A DNA stretch of 64,000 bases, from assembly GCA_001244265.2 (NCBI GenBank), contig CDLV01000010.1, positions 992,001-1,056,000 of the forward strand, given 5' to 3'. Positions within the stretch are counted from its first letter, which is position 1, and the number at the start of each line of letters is the position of its first letter. A model generated the notes under the pieces. It had not been told where the DNA came from and searched no databases. It saw nothing but the letters and a program-made list of their open reading frames with translations. Shown piece by piece: positions 1 through 14,617 of this stretch. The stretch is from Microbotryum violaceum. Lineage: Eukaryota. The translations under genes and the position numbers were made by a program.

Positions 1-186
1 ACCTGAGGCCCGAGGCACGAGGTACGTAAGTAAGAGAGCCGAAGAAGAGAGTAAAGATAGTTGGAGAAGAGAGAGAAGCGCTAAGGGCGCACGCACTTGG
101 AAGGCTAGAGGTGCGCGCGCGGCTAATATCAACAACTAGATACTAAACTATTCTAAGTGGGATGAAACAGGAATACCCTTTTGACA
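1..186 (-). repeat. 3' LTR of the copia element (partial, truncated by the window edge)
   Basis: Starts TG at 186 directly after the PPT and matches 7453-7562. Confidence 0.9.
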
Positions 187-204
187 CCCCCCCCCCCCCC
201 CCCC
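187..204 (-). other. Polypurine tract (G18) of the copia element
   Basis: C18 on the + strand between the pol stop (211) and the LTR start (186). Confidence 0.85.
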
Positions 205-210
205 GTGCTG

Positions 211-4003
<3,793 letters not shown>

Positions 4004-4120
4004 TGTAATACCCCAGGCCCTTCACGACTAGGTTACACAGTCCAAAAGACTGACAATTTCAATAGATGCATATTGAAATCAGAAGGGTAGTTAAATAGCG
4101 TAAGGCAACCGAGCCTTACA
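4004..4120. mobile_element. 117-bp solo-LTR-like element at the copia/LINE junction
   Basis: TGTAA...TTACA inverted ends. Copia gag coding stops at its left edge and LINE ORF2 coding stops at its right edge. Flanks GACGG / CTCCC do not match. Confidence 0.7.
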
Positions 4121-5123
4121 CTCCCCCCATTCCGGTATTGCCTCCAGATCCTGCACCCTCCCCACCAAATACTCCATCCGTTCCGTCCGCTCCCGATGCA
4201 ACCTCCTCGCCATCTCCCCACCCCTATCCCTGCACGCCTTCAGAATGACCTTGAGCTCCCCCACCGGCTCCTCCCCGCTTGCCCCTTCCAACCATCCTTC
4301 CATCATCCGCTGGAATTCCACCGTCTTAAAGGTTGTGGTGTTGATTCGATGTGGTAGGTAGGCTGGGCTGTGGGAGGGTCGCATCAGGATCGTCTGAGAG
4401 AGCCAGCACAATCAAGACCGGTCGGTGATCGGAAAGCTCCTTGGGATAGTCGTAGATCGTCGAGGCCTGATCGAGTCTTTTTTGGTGTGTCCGTTGCAGG
4501 AGAAAGTAGTCAAGCCGGGAGAAGGAGTTGGGTCGCTTGCGATTGGGATTAGGTCGAGTGAAGGATGGGGTGATGGGGTGTTTGTAGCGGATGCAGTCCG
4601 TGTAGGCCGAGTCGAGCTTGCCGATCAGGATTGGCCAGTGGTGGCCGCGCCGACTTTGGTTCCGCCGATCGACTTCTGGGCGCGGGCAGTCGTTGAGATC
4701 ACCGCCAAAAAGTCGGAGGTGGGATTTCTGTGTTTTGTGAAATAAGAGTTTGTCAAAGAATTTCGCTCGTTGCTTTGGGTCAACGGGCGCGTAAACGATG
4801 TTGATTTCTAGAATTTTGATGTCACCCCGCAGACGAAAGGACGTGACGAGGAGCCGGCCGTCGAGTGCCGAGTGGGTGCGCAAGAGCTCGGCGTCGATCA
4901 GGGGAGAGTCAGCCGGAATTAGGATCAGACAATGTTGGTTGATGAAGAGCTTGCCCTCGTACTCGTCCTTGATGAGTTGCCAGAGGTGCGGTCTGATGAA
5001 GTGCTCTTGTATGAGAATGGCCGATGCTTTGAAAAGGGATAGGAAGTTGTAAATGTCACGTCGTTTCTCCGGGACCCCCATGCCCCTCCTCACGTTCCAG
5101 GTGATGATGGTGTGCTTAATCAT
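4121..5123 (-). pseudogene. LINE ORF2 N-terminus: apurinic-like endonuclease, frameshifted near 4350 and truncated
   Basis: APE motifs ITWNVR, ILIQEH, IVYAP, GGDLND, SRLDYFL, SDHRPV in ORF 4326-5123; continues in ORF 4091-4411. Confidence 0.92.
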
Positions 5124-7377
5124 TAATGGGCAGTTGAGGTCGAAGCGCTCTTGGCGGTGGTGACGTCCTCAAAGAGGGGGAGGGCGGGCAGGACATCGTC
5201 CTCGGGCTCGTGGTCGGACCATCTTTTCTCCTCGGCTACCCCCTTTGCTTTCCCTCGGTCCACTTTCGTCACGCCAACCGGCATCGCCGCCGCCGCTGAC
5301 ATCGACCTCGTCACCCTCCGCCCCTCTGTTCCATCCTTGACAACGACGCGGCTCTTCCCTTTGATGATCACTCGCTTGGCGTCGGTCGGTTCGTCACTCG
5401 GGTCACTGAGGTCCGCCGCAGTCTGCGACCTCTTCATTACCGGCTTTTTGAACTTCGAAGCGGTCCCCCTGATATTGATGGAACGTATCTCACCGTCCTC
5501 ATCCCACTTGGCAAAGTTGTGACGCACCAAAGGGGTTTCAGCGTTGAGCCTCCTCTCGATGCTTTGGTCCCGCTCGAGTTGTGCCTGCTCAACCCAGTTA
5601 GCTCTGATCCTGTCCCACTCCTCCCCCTCGCGAAGCGACTTGGCAAGAGTTTCGGGTGACAAAGGTGGGGTTGGTTCGTGGGGTGTCGATTCGCGGGAAG
5701 CGGTGGCGGCGGTTGCGGTTGCGTCGCTGTCGTCGTCATTGTCCAGCCTGTTCGTCTCCCCTAAGTCCGTCGCTTCCGCGTTCTCCGCTTTCGTCGCTCC
5801 CCCTGCCTCGTCCACATCGTCCACCTCCGTCGCCACCTCCCTTTCCTCCATCTCCGTCGCCACCTTGCCTTCTGTTTCGCCCCTTCCATCCGCCATCACC
5901 TCATCCTCATCAATCAACTCTCCATCGGATCCTCCGCAGTCCTCTAAAACCGACTCGTCCTCGCTCTTAAGTTTGATGACCTCCGTTTTTACGGTCGCCT
6001 CTGATTCCATCTCCGAGTCCTCCGAGTCCTCGTCATCCGCCTTATCACCAGCGTCCTCCTCCCCCGATTCCTCTGGCCCCTGTCCGCTCTGGCCAGTTAC
6101 CGCTTCCTCCTGTCCCTCCTCAACCTCGAGCCGGGCGAATCGATTCTGTGATGCGATCCTGTTAACAACTGGCACAGGAATGGGGGCCTCGGCCTCCACA
6201 ATGTTGGTGTCGTTGGTGATGGTGTTCTTGTTGGCGTTGGGGTTGCCGTTGCCGTTGCCGTTGTGAGCCTCCTTTCGCTTGCTCTCCTGATCCAGTCCGC
6301 AGGTTCCCACGTGACCAACGAAGTGGCACCTACCGCAAGCCGCCTCCTTCTCATAGTCATGGCAAAGGGCGGTGACGGGGATGCCTCGAGTGGGAAGGCC
6401 GATTCTCGAAGGTAGGATCTCTTTCAAGGTCGTGTTAGGGCGTTTGAACAGGGAGTCGTCATCGAAGTGTAGGAAAGCTGAGTAGTCTCCGGCAACGTGG
6501 GCAAAGGCCGAGGCGTTGTCCACGCTGATAATGCGCAGAACCTGCACAAGTTGGCACGAATGTCCCTTGCCTGACAAGTCCTGCACTAGTAATTGGAACG
6601 GTTTTATGATGGCATCCATGGAAGGCACTCCTTGAACACCGACGTTGATTCGAAGCTCGACCATGTTATGGTGGAACCTGTGAGATTTCGCGAAGCGGGC
6701 CTTCGCCGATCGCCAAGTGAGAGCAGGGGGCGTCGTAAGCGCAGCGTCACGTGCCTCGCCGGTGACGAACCCAACCGTAACGCGATGGTGAGCCGCCCCA
6801 TTACGCAGGATTGATGAATGTTGTACGCCTAGGCTAGGATCTGTGGTCGATAGGCTGCAAGGTGGTCCGGCAGAGGAACTCCAGGCTCAAAGCAGATAGG
6901 AGAGATCGGCGATAACAGCCTTGTGACGCAGGCCACGAGATCGGTCTTGTCGGCATGAGACGCTCGCGAGGCGCTCTGGTGGGACAGAGTCACTTCAAGG
7001 GCGTAATCAAAGATGTTCTCGACAGACCGGTTCGCGTTCAAGGCCGAGAATTTCAGCGATGTGGCGGTGGCGACGGGGTAGAGTTCGGCGAAGTAGATGG
7101 CCTGGACCCAACAATCCATGCGGTTTCCGGGTACAGCACCCATGGCTTGTAGGAGGCTGCCCAGAGCCTTGGCACGCTGTTGTTGTTGTTGCTGTTGTTC
7201 AGGTGACTGAGTCGCCTGACTCGCAGCGGCGGCATAGTTGGGTGCGGCGGTGGCGGGGCCCGTGGCTTGCGTCTTCTTCGAGCTTATCGGGATCTGGTCG
7301 CGGGGTGGCTGGACGCTGGTGGCGGACACCGGTGGTGGCGGTGCCGGCGGTGGGGACCCAGGGTCTCCTGTAGACAT
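5123..7377 (-). pseudogene. LINE ORF1 (nucleic-acid-binding, CCHC zinc knuckle, long acidic C-terminal region); one stop and one frameshift
   Basis: ORFs 6829-7377 and 6604-6801 share a frame across a TAG; 5123-6664 is in a shifted frame. Motif CGRCHFVGHVGTC. Lies directly upstream of the APE ORF. Confidence 0.78.
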
Positions 7378-7452
7378 CTTGTCGGTGTATCACTTGTTAA
7401 CTCGAGCATCGAAGACTGCGGTAGGGCGATTTCGAAGTGAAGTGAAGTGAAG

Positions 7453-7562
7453 AGCGCTAAGGGCGCGCGCACTTGGAAGGCTAGAGGTGCGCGCGCGGCT
7501 AATATCAACAACTAGATACTAAACTATTCTAAGTGGGATGAAACAGGAATACCCTTTTGACA
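7453..7562 (-). repeat. First 110 bp of the copia 5' LTR
   Basis: Direct repeat of 77-186. Confidence 0.9.
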
Positions 7563-7618
7563 GGTCAAAGCCTTTCCGATTAATGGAAGTAACCCAGGTT
7601 CGACTCCGGGTCCAGCCG
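7563..7618 (+). pseudogene. 3' portion of a tRNA gene (D-loop onward), cut off by the copia insertion; isotype not assignable
   Basis: GGTCAAAGC (D-arm end), TTTCC-7nt-GGAAG anticodon arm, CCAGG-TTCGACT-CCGGG T-arm/B-box, TCCAGCC acceptor strand, then a T-rich terminator-like tract. The anticodon loop is atypical. Confidence 0.62.
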
Positions 7619-8346
7619 TTCTTCTTCTTTTGTTGATCATTTCATGATCATCGTTGATTCCAACACATCGATCAAAGCGTTCAAACTGATGTTCGTGCGA
7701 CAAGTCATCCCGGAAGAGGATGCGCTCATGCAAGCCAACCCACCCGTTCACCTCCCAATTGTTCAGCTAGTCGCCTCTCTCGCTCGATTATCATCCCAGT
7801 CTTGCATTGGCTTTGCTGGTTGACGACGAGTGCTTGGGCTTCTTCAAGAAATGCTAGGGCCTGTTGAATGCCGTCCAGGTGTGTCCTGCTCCGTTGCGAC
7901 GAGCGTGAGTTATATAGAGTGTAAGCTCGCCTTTGCGGCTCGACGCACCCACAAAGAGTGACCTAACTTGAAAATCCTATCCCACCTGCGGATGCCAGTC
8001 CTTCCTGGCGCACTCTCAACGATCCTCACACCGCCAGCAGCCTCCCAGATCGATCGCACCTGATCCCACCCCAACAAGGGACAGCCTCCTAAACCGATCG
8101 AGCTTCCAGAATCAGAACTGCAGAACAACAGTTTGACGGCCTGCGCGCTTCTCGAGGCATCTGGAATCCCTCGCGGTCGATGCCATGGGCACACGAAGCC
8201 GTGTCGCCAGACGGACGTGCTCAAGCAACCATTTGCGACGTTGATGAATAGTCTGAGACATGTGGAAGCGGCGAATGCACCGTCATCCGATGAACCACCG
8301 GGACAGCACGGATGATTGCTTGGGGAAATTTGTTACGGCTCAGTCC

Positions 8347-8527
8347 TGTAAGGCGCCGCTCCGTAAGCGCATCACAACGACGTCAAGCTTGATCTCGCTC
8401 GCGACGCCGCGGCGCCTCTTGCCCTTAGTCCTTTTAGTAGTTTCTCTTCGTCCGCGACTTACGCCGTTTGATCCTTTCAGTTGGGACTCAGATTCAGTGA
8501 GGCTTGAGAGCCATTTTGCGCCTTTCA
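8347..8527 (+). mobile_element. Solo LTR, diverged relative of the 16886-17084 LTR
   Basis: TGTAAGGCGCCGCTCCG...CCTTAGTCCTTT...CCGTTTGATCCTTT...GATTCAGTGAGG...GCCTTTCA is colinear with the reverse complement of 16886-17084. No TSD seen. Confidence 0.78.
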
Positions 8528-9405
8528 AGAGGCTGGCTGCTTGTTTATTAGCTTGCGTCTGAGTTGTACTTCTGCTTCTCTCTCCTCCTTCATTTGCCCT
8601 CGCATTACGACTGACTGGAGTTTCGCTCCGGTGTATTCTTTGCGATGTTCATAGCGTCTCTCCCACCTATCCCAAACCCTTGGAAGCTCGACATATTGTC
8701 TGACTGAGAAACACCATCATGGTGTCCATCGAGATGTCCAGATATCGAAGGGCAGACTCAGATTCGGGGTGTGACACGGGCAAAGAGGTCTTCAAACTTG
8801 GCGTTCGTGTCGTAGCACTCGGGACTCAGTAATAGTGCCTGCCGGTCTGATAGGGGTGTGGTACTATGGTAAAGCAAGCGGTTGATCAAAGATGAAATGA
8901 AAAGATAAGGGATAAGGACCCTAAGAGCTCCTAAGAGACCCAAGGCGAGAGAGACAAGAGGGACGAGCAGAGCCAAGAGACAGGGGTTTGAGAGCCGAGA
9001 AACGAGACTGGGACGCTGAGGCCGGAGACTGGAGAACGATGCGAAACGAGACTTGAGACACCAGAAAGTGAGAACCAGCTAGGATGCTGTATCGGTTCCT
9101 AGAAGTGGTCTAACTAAGAACAAGAAGCAAAATCCCCTCAAACGTTCCGACCATTCAAACCGCTGGGCTCGGGTCATTCTCCTTCATCCCTTCGTCCGCG
9201 CATCCGGCCCGGTCTTCCATTCAAATCCGGCCACATGATTCGTCGCTGACAGTCAAGTCTTGAGTCACCGAAGTGCTAAGTTTACCCGAGCCTGCTTAAT
9301 CGCTAAGAATTCTGCCGAAACCGGCGTCTTGACCCTTCCCGAACCGGTGGAACTTGAAACGACTCCCGAACTCTGCCCAGCTAAAATGGTCCGAACCCGC
9401 TACGA

Positions 9406-9480
9406 CCGAAATGACTCCTGAACCCGGCACGCTATGTCCAAATGACTCTGAACCCGGCCCGCTATGTCCGAAATGACTCC
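9406..9480. repeat. ~31-bp tandem repeat (about 2.4 copies), possibly a transposon subterminal array
   Basis: Unit (G)AAATGACTC(C)TGAACCCGGCMCGCTATGTCC repeated, with weaker copies upstream. Confidence 0.65.
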
Positions 9481-10229
9481 GACGGGATCCCGAGTACCAC
9501 AGTACAGGTAGCCGTAGCATTACTCGTGAACTAGACAAAGAGGGCCAAAAGGTGTTGCCGGCAGGCCCTCCTCCACGCCCGGCATCCAAGAGCGGCTTTC
9601 ACCAGGTCCTGGCAACCGTAAGTACGGTGAAAGCCCCTGAACCCGCAGTCACAAGAATCTGCATCTTCATTGCTGATGAGACCGACCAATATTCCGGGCT
9701 AAATGTGGTGGGTGATTTCATCGATCTCGTTTGGTAGCCTGCACGGGTGAGAGCGCGTAAAGAAGTTGCTAGGCTGCAGTGTGGCAGCCTCGACGGGGGC
9801 GGCGCGACGAGCCACTCGGACGATGATGGGCGTCTTTGTCTTTCGTACTTTCGGTAGCGCGTGTTTTTACGTGAAGATCGCCTGGCCGGACGAACTCGAT
9901 TCGCGCAGGGTGATTGCCGTGAAGAAGACCGAGTCACATCTTGGGAAGTAGGGGTGGAGGCTAGGCTTAAATTTGCCCTGTTAGGAGCTTAGAGCTGTCG
10001 GAAATAATGAGTTGAGCCGCTGACCACCAAGTCATATGATTCGGCGTCTGTCGGTTGCGAGGGCTTTACGTTGTGTAGTCATCGTTTTCTTATATTGTGT
10101 TCCACCTGAAAAGGGCGTAGCGCATGCCTGAGGGCCAAGATGATCCGGTGGCTAATGCCGCGAGAACAAGAGTGTTGCCAGCCATGAAGCACGGTAGTGA
10201 GTAGTTTCTGGGTTGCGGCAAATGTGTAA

Positions 10230-10520
<291 letters not shown>

Positions 10521-10563
10521 TAGAAATCGCTCTTGTCTTCCTTCTGCAATCTTGATCTCATAG

Positions 10564-10803
<240 letters not shown>

Positions 10804-11856
10804 TAAAAGATGCAATCTGAGATCCAGTAAAATATTGTACAAACAAGGACTGTCTAGCCTTCCTTATTCGAGCACTGCACCATAATGGCACGTGAAGGAC
10901 ATTCTGTTGTTCCAGGAAGTCATGCTGATAGGCTCTGTGACGTAGATCAGTTTTTTGTTACTGAACATACCAGGAGCTCAGTTCAATATCAAACCGAGCC
11001 TTGTGTATTCTGAAAAGGGCTTCCTTGCCTCGCCTAGTACTACTAGTAGTAGCAACACGCGAAAACACGCAATCACCCACGGCAGCGCCTGATCGAGAGT
11101 CGCTTCGCCAAGACCTCCACAAGCTACTAGATTGGAGTTCATCGTTTTGTACACGTTTTGTGATCGTAGAACCCCGTATTTGCGAGCTCTTTCGCGCCGC
11201 CGTCCCGGGAGTGGGGATCAGCCTCAACACCTGCAAGAAGTCGGCAACCGAGTACCCACTCTGCAAGCATTCAAGAAGGTGCATCATGCTGTGGAAAAAG
11301 GATGTGGGTTCCCAAATGTTTGCTCAGCATCCGGGTGCCGGTCGATTTTGTGGATGATGACCTCCGCTCAAAAGTTTACCAGAAGCCTAAATATCAACAG
11401 CAGAGCGCGCCGCGGGTGCTCAGCTCTTGCTATAAAAAGAGTGCTTCCCCAACGCTTGAGAAATTCGGTAGTGTATCACACAATGCAGCGGTGGTGGAGA
11501 AGTGGTCTTAGGCCCCTGTCGCCGTCGCCGGGCCGTGTTCAGGCTGCAAAAAAAAAAAAGCCAGCCTTCCGACATGAGACCTAGGAATTCGCTGCTCCAA
11601 GGTTTTGATGCGCGCGCGTGACAAATTTTGCGATCTGCGCGCAATGCATAAAAAGCCAGGTCGAGAACGTTCAAGATGCTGCGCGAAGTTATTATGTCCT
11701 CAGCAAATGCGTCGCACTTGGACGAGACATGAAGCAAGCGGGACACGGCTTTGAATCTGTCCGAACTTGCTCCAATTATGTAAAAAACAGTGAACGTGAA
11801 CCACATACCGACCTCAGCAGCTACCCACCGGGCCGCAAAAAAGAATCTTTCTCAAA

Positions 11857-11929
11857 AGCCCGATGCGGGGCTCGAACCCGCGACAACTTGATTAAGAGTC
11901 AAGTGCTCTGCCGACTGAGCTAACCAGGC
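11857..11929 (-). tRNA. tRNA-Lys(CTT), intronless
   Basis: Reverse complement of GCCTGGTTAGCTCAGTCGGCAGAGCACTTGACTCTTAATCAAGTTGTCGCGGGTTCGAGCCCCGCATCGGGCT. Full cloverleaf with CTTGA-ctCTTaa-TCAAG anticodon arm and a downstream T-run. Confidence 0.96.
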
Positions 11930-12012
11930 CCAATAGGAGTTGTTTTATCTCATGGTAGCCCGCGTTGGTAGGGTTTCTATATTCCATCCGGCCACAATCA
12001 CAGGGGGGCGGC

Positions 12013-14471
12013 GACGCCGTCGTCGCCGTCGCGGCGGGCTTGGTTTCACTCAACTCGCTCCATGACCTGGCGCTCGACTGGAGGCATGCAACGAATGGCC
12101 GGCTCAACACGGACAAGACGGTCGTTCTACCGATCGAACGCCGCTAGGACCCGGGGCAACGCCTGCTCGTCGTCAAGGCCGCAGGCGAGTCGCTCGAGTG
12201 GATCGGCCTCCCCTTCGACCCCAGTGGGGACACCGAACTCGCCTACGCCAATCTCATCGAACGCCTCGAGGCGACACTGGAGCGCGGCTCACGCACCACA
12301 CCCGTGCCTTTTACGTCAATCGGTACGCCATCCCCAAGATCCTGCACTTCCTTGCAGCCGACATCCCACCGCCCGAAGTCGTCAATGAGCTCGATGACTG
12401 CTCGTCGATTTCGTCCGTGGGGGCAAGGGTAGGACCAGCTACGGCAGAGACATCGTGTTCACAGCCAAGCTCAAGGGGGGACTCGAGGTGATCAGGATAG
12501 ATCAGGATGCAGGACGTCGTGGACGCGTTTGCGGCACGGATCTGGGACGTTCTTCTCGGCACTCCACCGAGCTCAGCCCGACCTCGACCTGGCCACCGAT
12601 CTCTGGCCACATCCATCCACTCCATCCCCAACGACCTCCATCCCCGATGGCGAGCAGCACTGGAGGTTCCGAAACATCACAACGCGCAGGTCAACCCGAG
12701 GGCCTTGACCACCGCGAACCTGCTCGCGCTGCCCACCCTGCTCGGCAGCCTCCACACCCCCATCAGAGGGAGACAGACCATCGACGCGGTTCATGTACCT
12801 GACTACCTTCGTCTCCAGGGCTACCCGAAGGTGGCGGGTCTTTATCGGCCTGAGTTGGATGCGGGTGGGATGCGGGTGTGGGGCTTCACCTTTGGACGCC
12901 GCCGGCGGATGTGCTCGGCGACAACAGCGAATACGATCGATGCGGGCTCCCGCAGCGACTGGAAATCGCGGCCTGGTACCGGTTCACTGTCGATCGACAC
13001 AAGAACACGCCCTTGGCGGTGGGGGTGGCGGCGGGACGGCTCAACGTGCCTCCCCGGATCGGCACCAGCGCACCGCTCGAGGCGATTCTCCCCAAGCCCG
13101 TGGCCCGCTTCGCAATGGAGCAGCGCCTTCCGGACCCGGTGCTTCCACAGCAGGCGAGCCAGTACAAGCTGCTGAACATGGCTCGACCGTACACCATCCG
13201 TCGCATCCGCCGGGTCCTGAACGCGAAGGCCTTTACCAACACGCTCGGGCTCAAGGGACCACCGCAGCCGGACGACCTCAGGAGCTTTTGGAAGGCGGTC
13301 AACACGAAGGCACTGACGGCGAGGGAGAGGGAAGTTTGGTTCAAGCTGATTCTCCGCTTCACCCCGACGCGCAAGCTGCAACACCAACAAAACCACGACA
13401 CTTCTCCCGCGTGCCTCGTCTGCGAAGCGCCGGTGGACGACACCGACCACTACTTTTTCGGCTGCGTTGACTCGCGGAACGTCTGGATCGCGGCAAGGGG
13501 CGTGCTCTGCGACGCACTCGGGTGCAACACGATCGAGGACGCCCAGTACACGACACTGCAACGGCTCTTTGGCCTCCCCAAGCTCAAGGCCAAGCTCAGC
13601 GAACAGGAAGGGGCGGGCAGGACGATCGAGATCTTCACAGGGATGGTTTTGGAGATGATCAGCAGTGGGAGATGGACGATGCAGAAGCAAGGGACGAGGA
13701 TGGAGAGCGTGGAGAGGAGGAGGGTGGTACTGGAGGAGAGGATGAAGTTGAGGGCGGGAGGAGCAAGAGGCCGGCGAGGGCGGGCAGTAGAGGCCGGGTT
13801 CGTATTCCCCCCCCCCCCCCCCCCCCCACCCCACCCCAAGCCCACACACCCCATCACACTTCATCTTCCAACGAAACACTGTATTCTACATATCTTGCCT
13901 TCCTTTTTTCATACGTTACAGGACTGCTTTCGTTGCTTATGGACCGGCTCGCGATTTGGGATTGACTCGACGGTGGCTCGCGCTCTTTGGCTTCGGGGTT
14001 CCGAGTCAAGGGAGGGATCAGCAGATACAGGCAGAAAGTCGGTTTTGAGGAGCCAGGGACTGCTGAGGTGGAGGTTTTGAGGGGTTCCACCGCGTCTTGT
14101 TGTGACCGAGCATAGACTTGGGACTTCGCGGGTCAGGGTAGCTGCGCAGTCGCTCTCCTGTCTTTGTCTCGACCGAGTTGGGAAGTGGGTGCGGGGTGGG
14201 CCTCTTGTCGTTAGTAAATCGTTTTATTACTCTTTCTCTTCCTTCTCTCTCTCTCTCCTCCTCATTCGTCTCCTGGGGGAGGGGCAAACCGCTTGGCTGG
14301 GGCACTTGAATCCGAAGTATCGGATTGGTGGACACCGGCCCGTTTCTCGCATCTTGCGGGCGGTTTGTGTTATCATCGGCGACTTCCATTAGTTTTTCCG
14401 TAGGCCAATCAGGGGGAACATGAACTGGGGGCAATATGATGAACAAGCTCTACAAAAACAAAAACAAAAAC
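12013..14471 (+). mobile_element. 5'-truncated L1-like LINE: RT C-terminal half, CCHC zinc finger, 3' UTR, (CAAAAA)n tail, 10-bp TSD
   Basis: Begins at the ADD motif region (DAVVAV...ATNGRLNTDKT). Thumb-like TRAFYVNRYAIPKILH; zinc finger CLVC...DDTDHYFFGC. Tail ACAAAAACAAAAACAAAAAC. TSD GGGGGGCGGC at 12003-12012 and 14473-14482. Frameshifts and a stop make it non-coding. Confidence 0.9.
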
Positions 14472-14472
14472 G

Positions 14473-14617
14473 GGGGGGCGGCTACCGCGTGTTTGGGTCA
14501 CTTGAAACTCGCATCCCGCGGGCCGTTCTTGTTGTCATCGTCGAACTGCATCTAGTGTTTGGGCTAAACAGGGGAACCAAGAACTGGAGGCAATACGACG
14601 AATGTTCCTACAAAAAC
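14473..14617 (+). mobile_element. Older, heavily 5'-truncated copy of a related LINE 3' end
   Basis: Colinear with ~14275-14459: CACTTGAA...CTCGCATC..GCGGGC...TCATCG...CAGGGG...GAACTGG.GGCAATA.GA.GAA...CTACAAAAAC. Confidence 0.75.

Larger units (their letters stand above)
4121..7452 (-). mobile_element. L1/Tx1-like non-LTR retrotransposon, 5' part (5' UTR, ORF1, APE endonuclease), 3'-deleted, inserted in the copia 5' LTR
   Basis: LTR similarity ends at 7453 and is replaced by (CACTT)3, then ORF1 ATG at 7377. ORF1 has a CCHC knuckle; ORF2 has APE motifs. Confidence 0.88.

Noticed and set aside
7573-7589. Possible ochre-suppressor tRNA (anticodon TTA)
   Set aside because: The gene lacks its 5' half, position 33 is not U and the T-stem has a mismatch; decay is the simpler explanation.
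8770-9122. Purine-rich TG...CA-bounded stretch that looks LTR-like
   Set aside because: No TSD, no second copy in the window and ambiguous ends.
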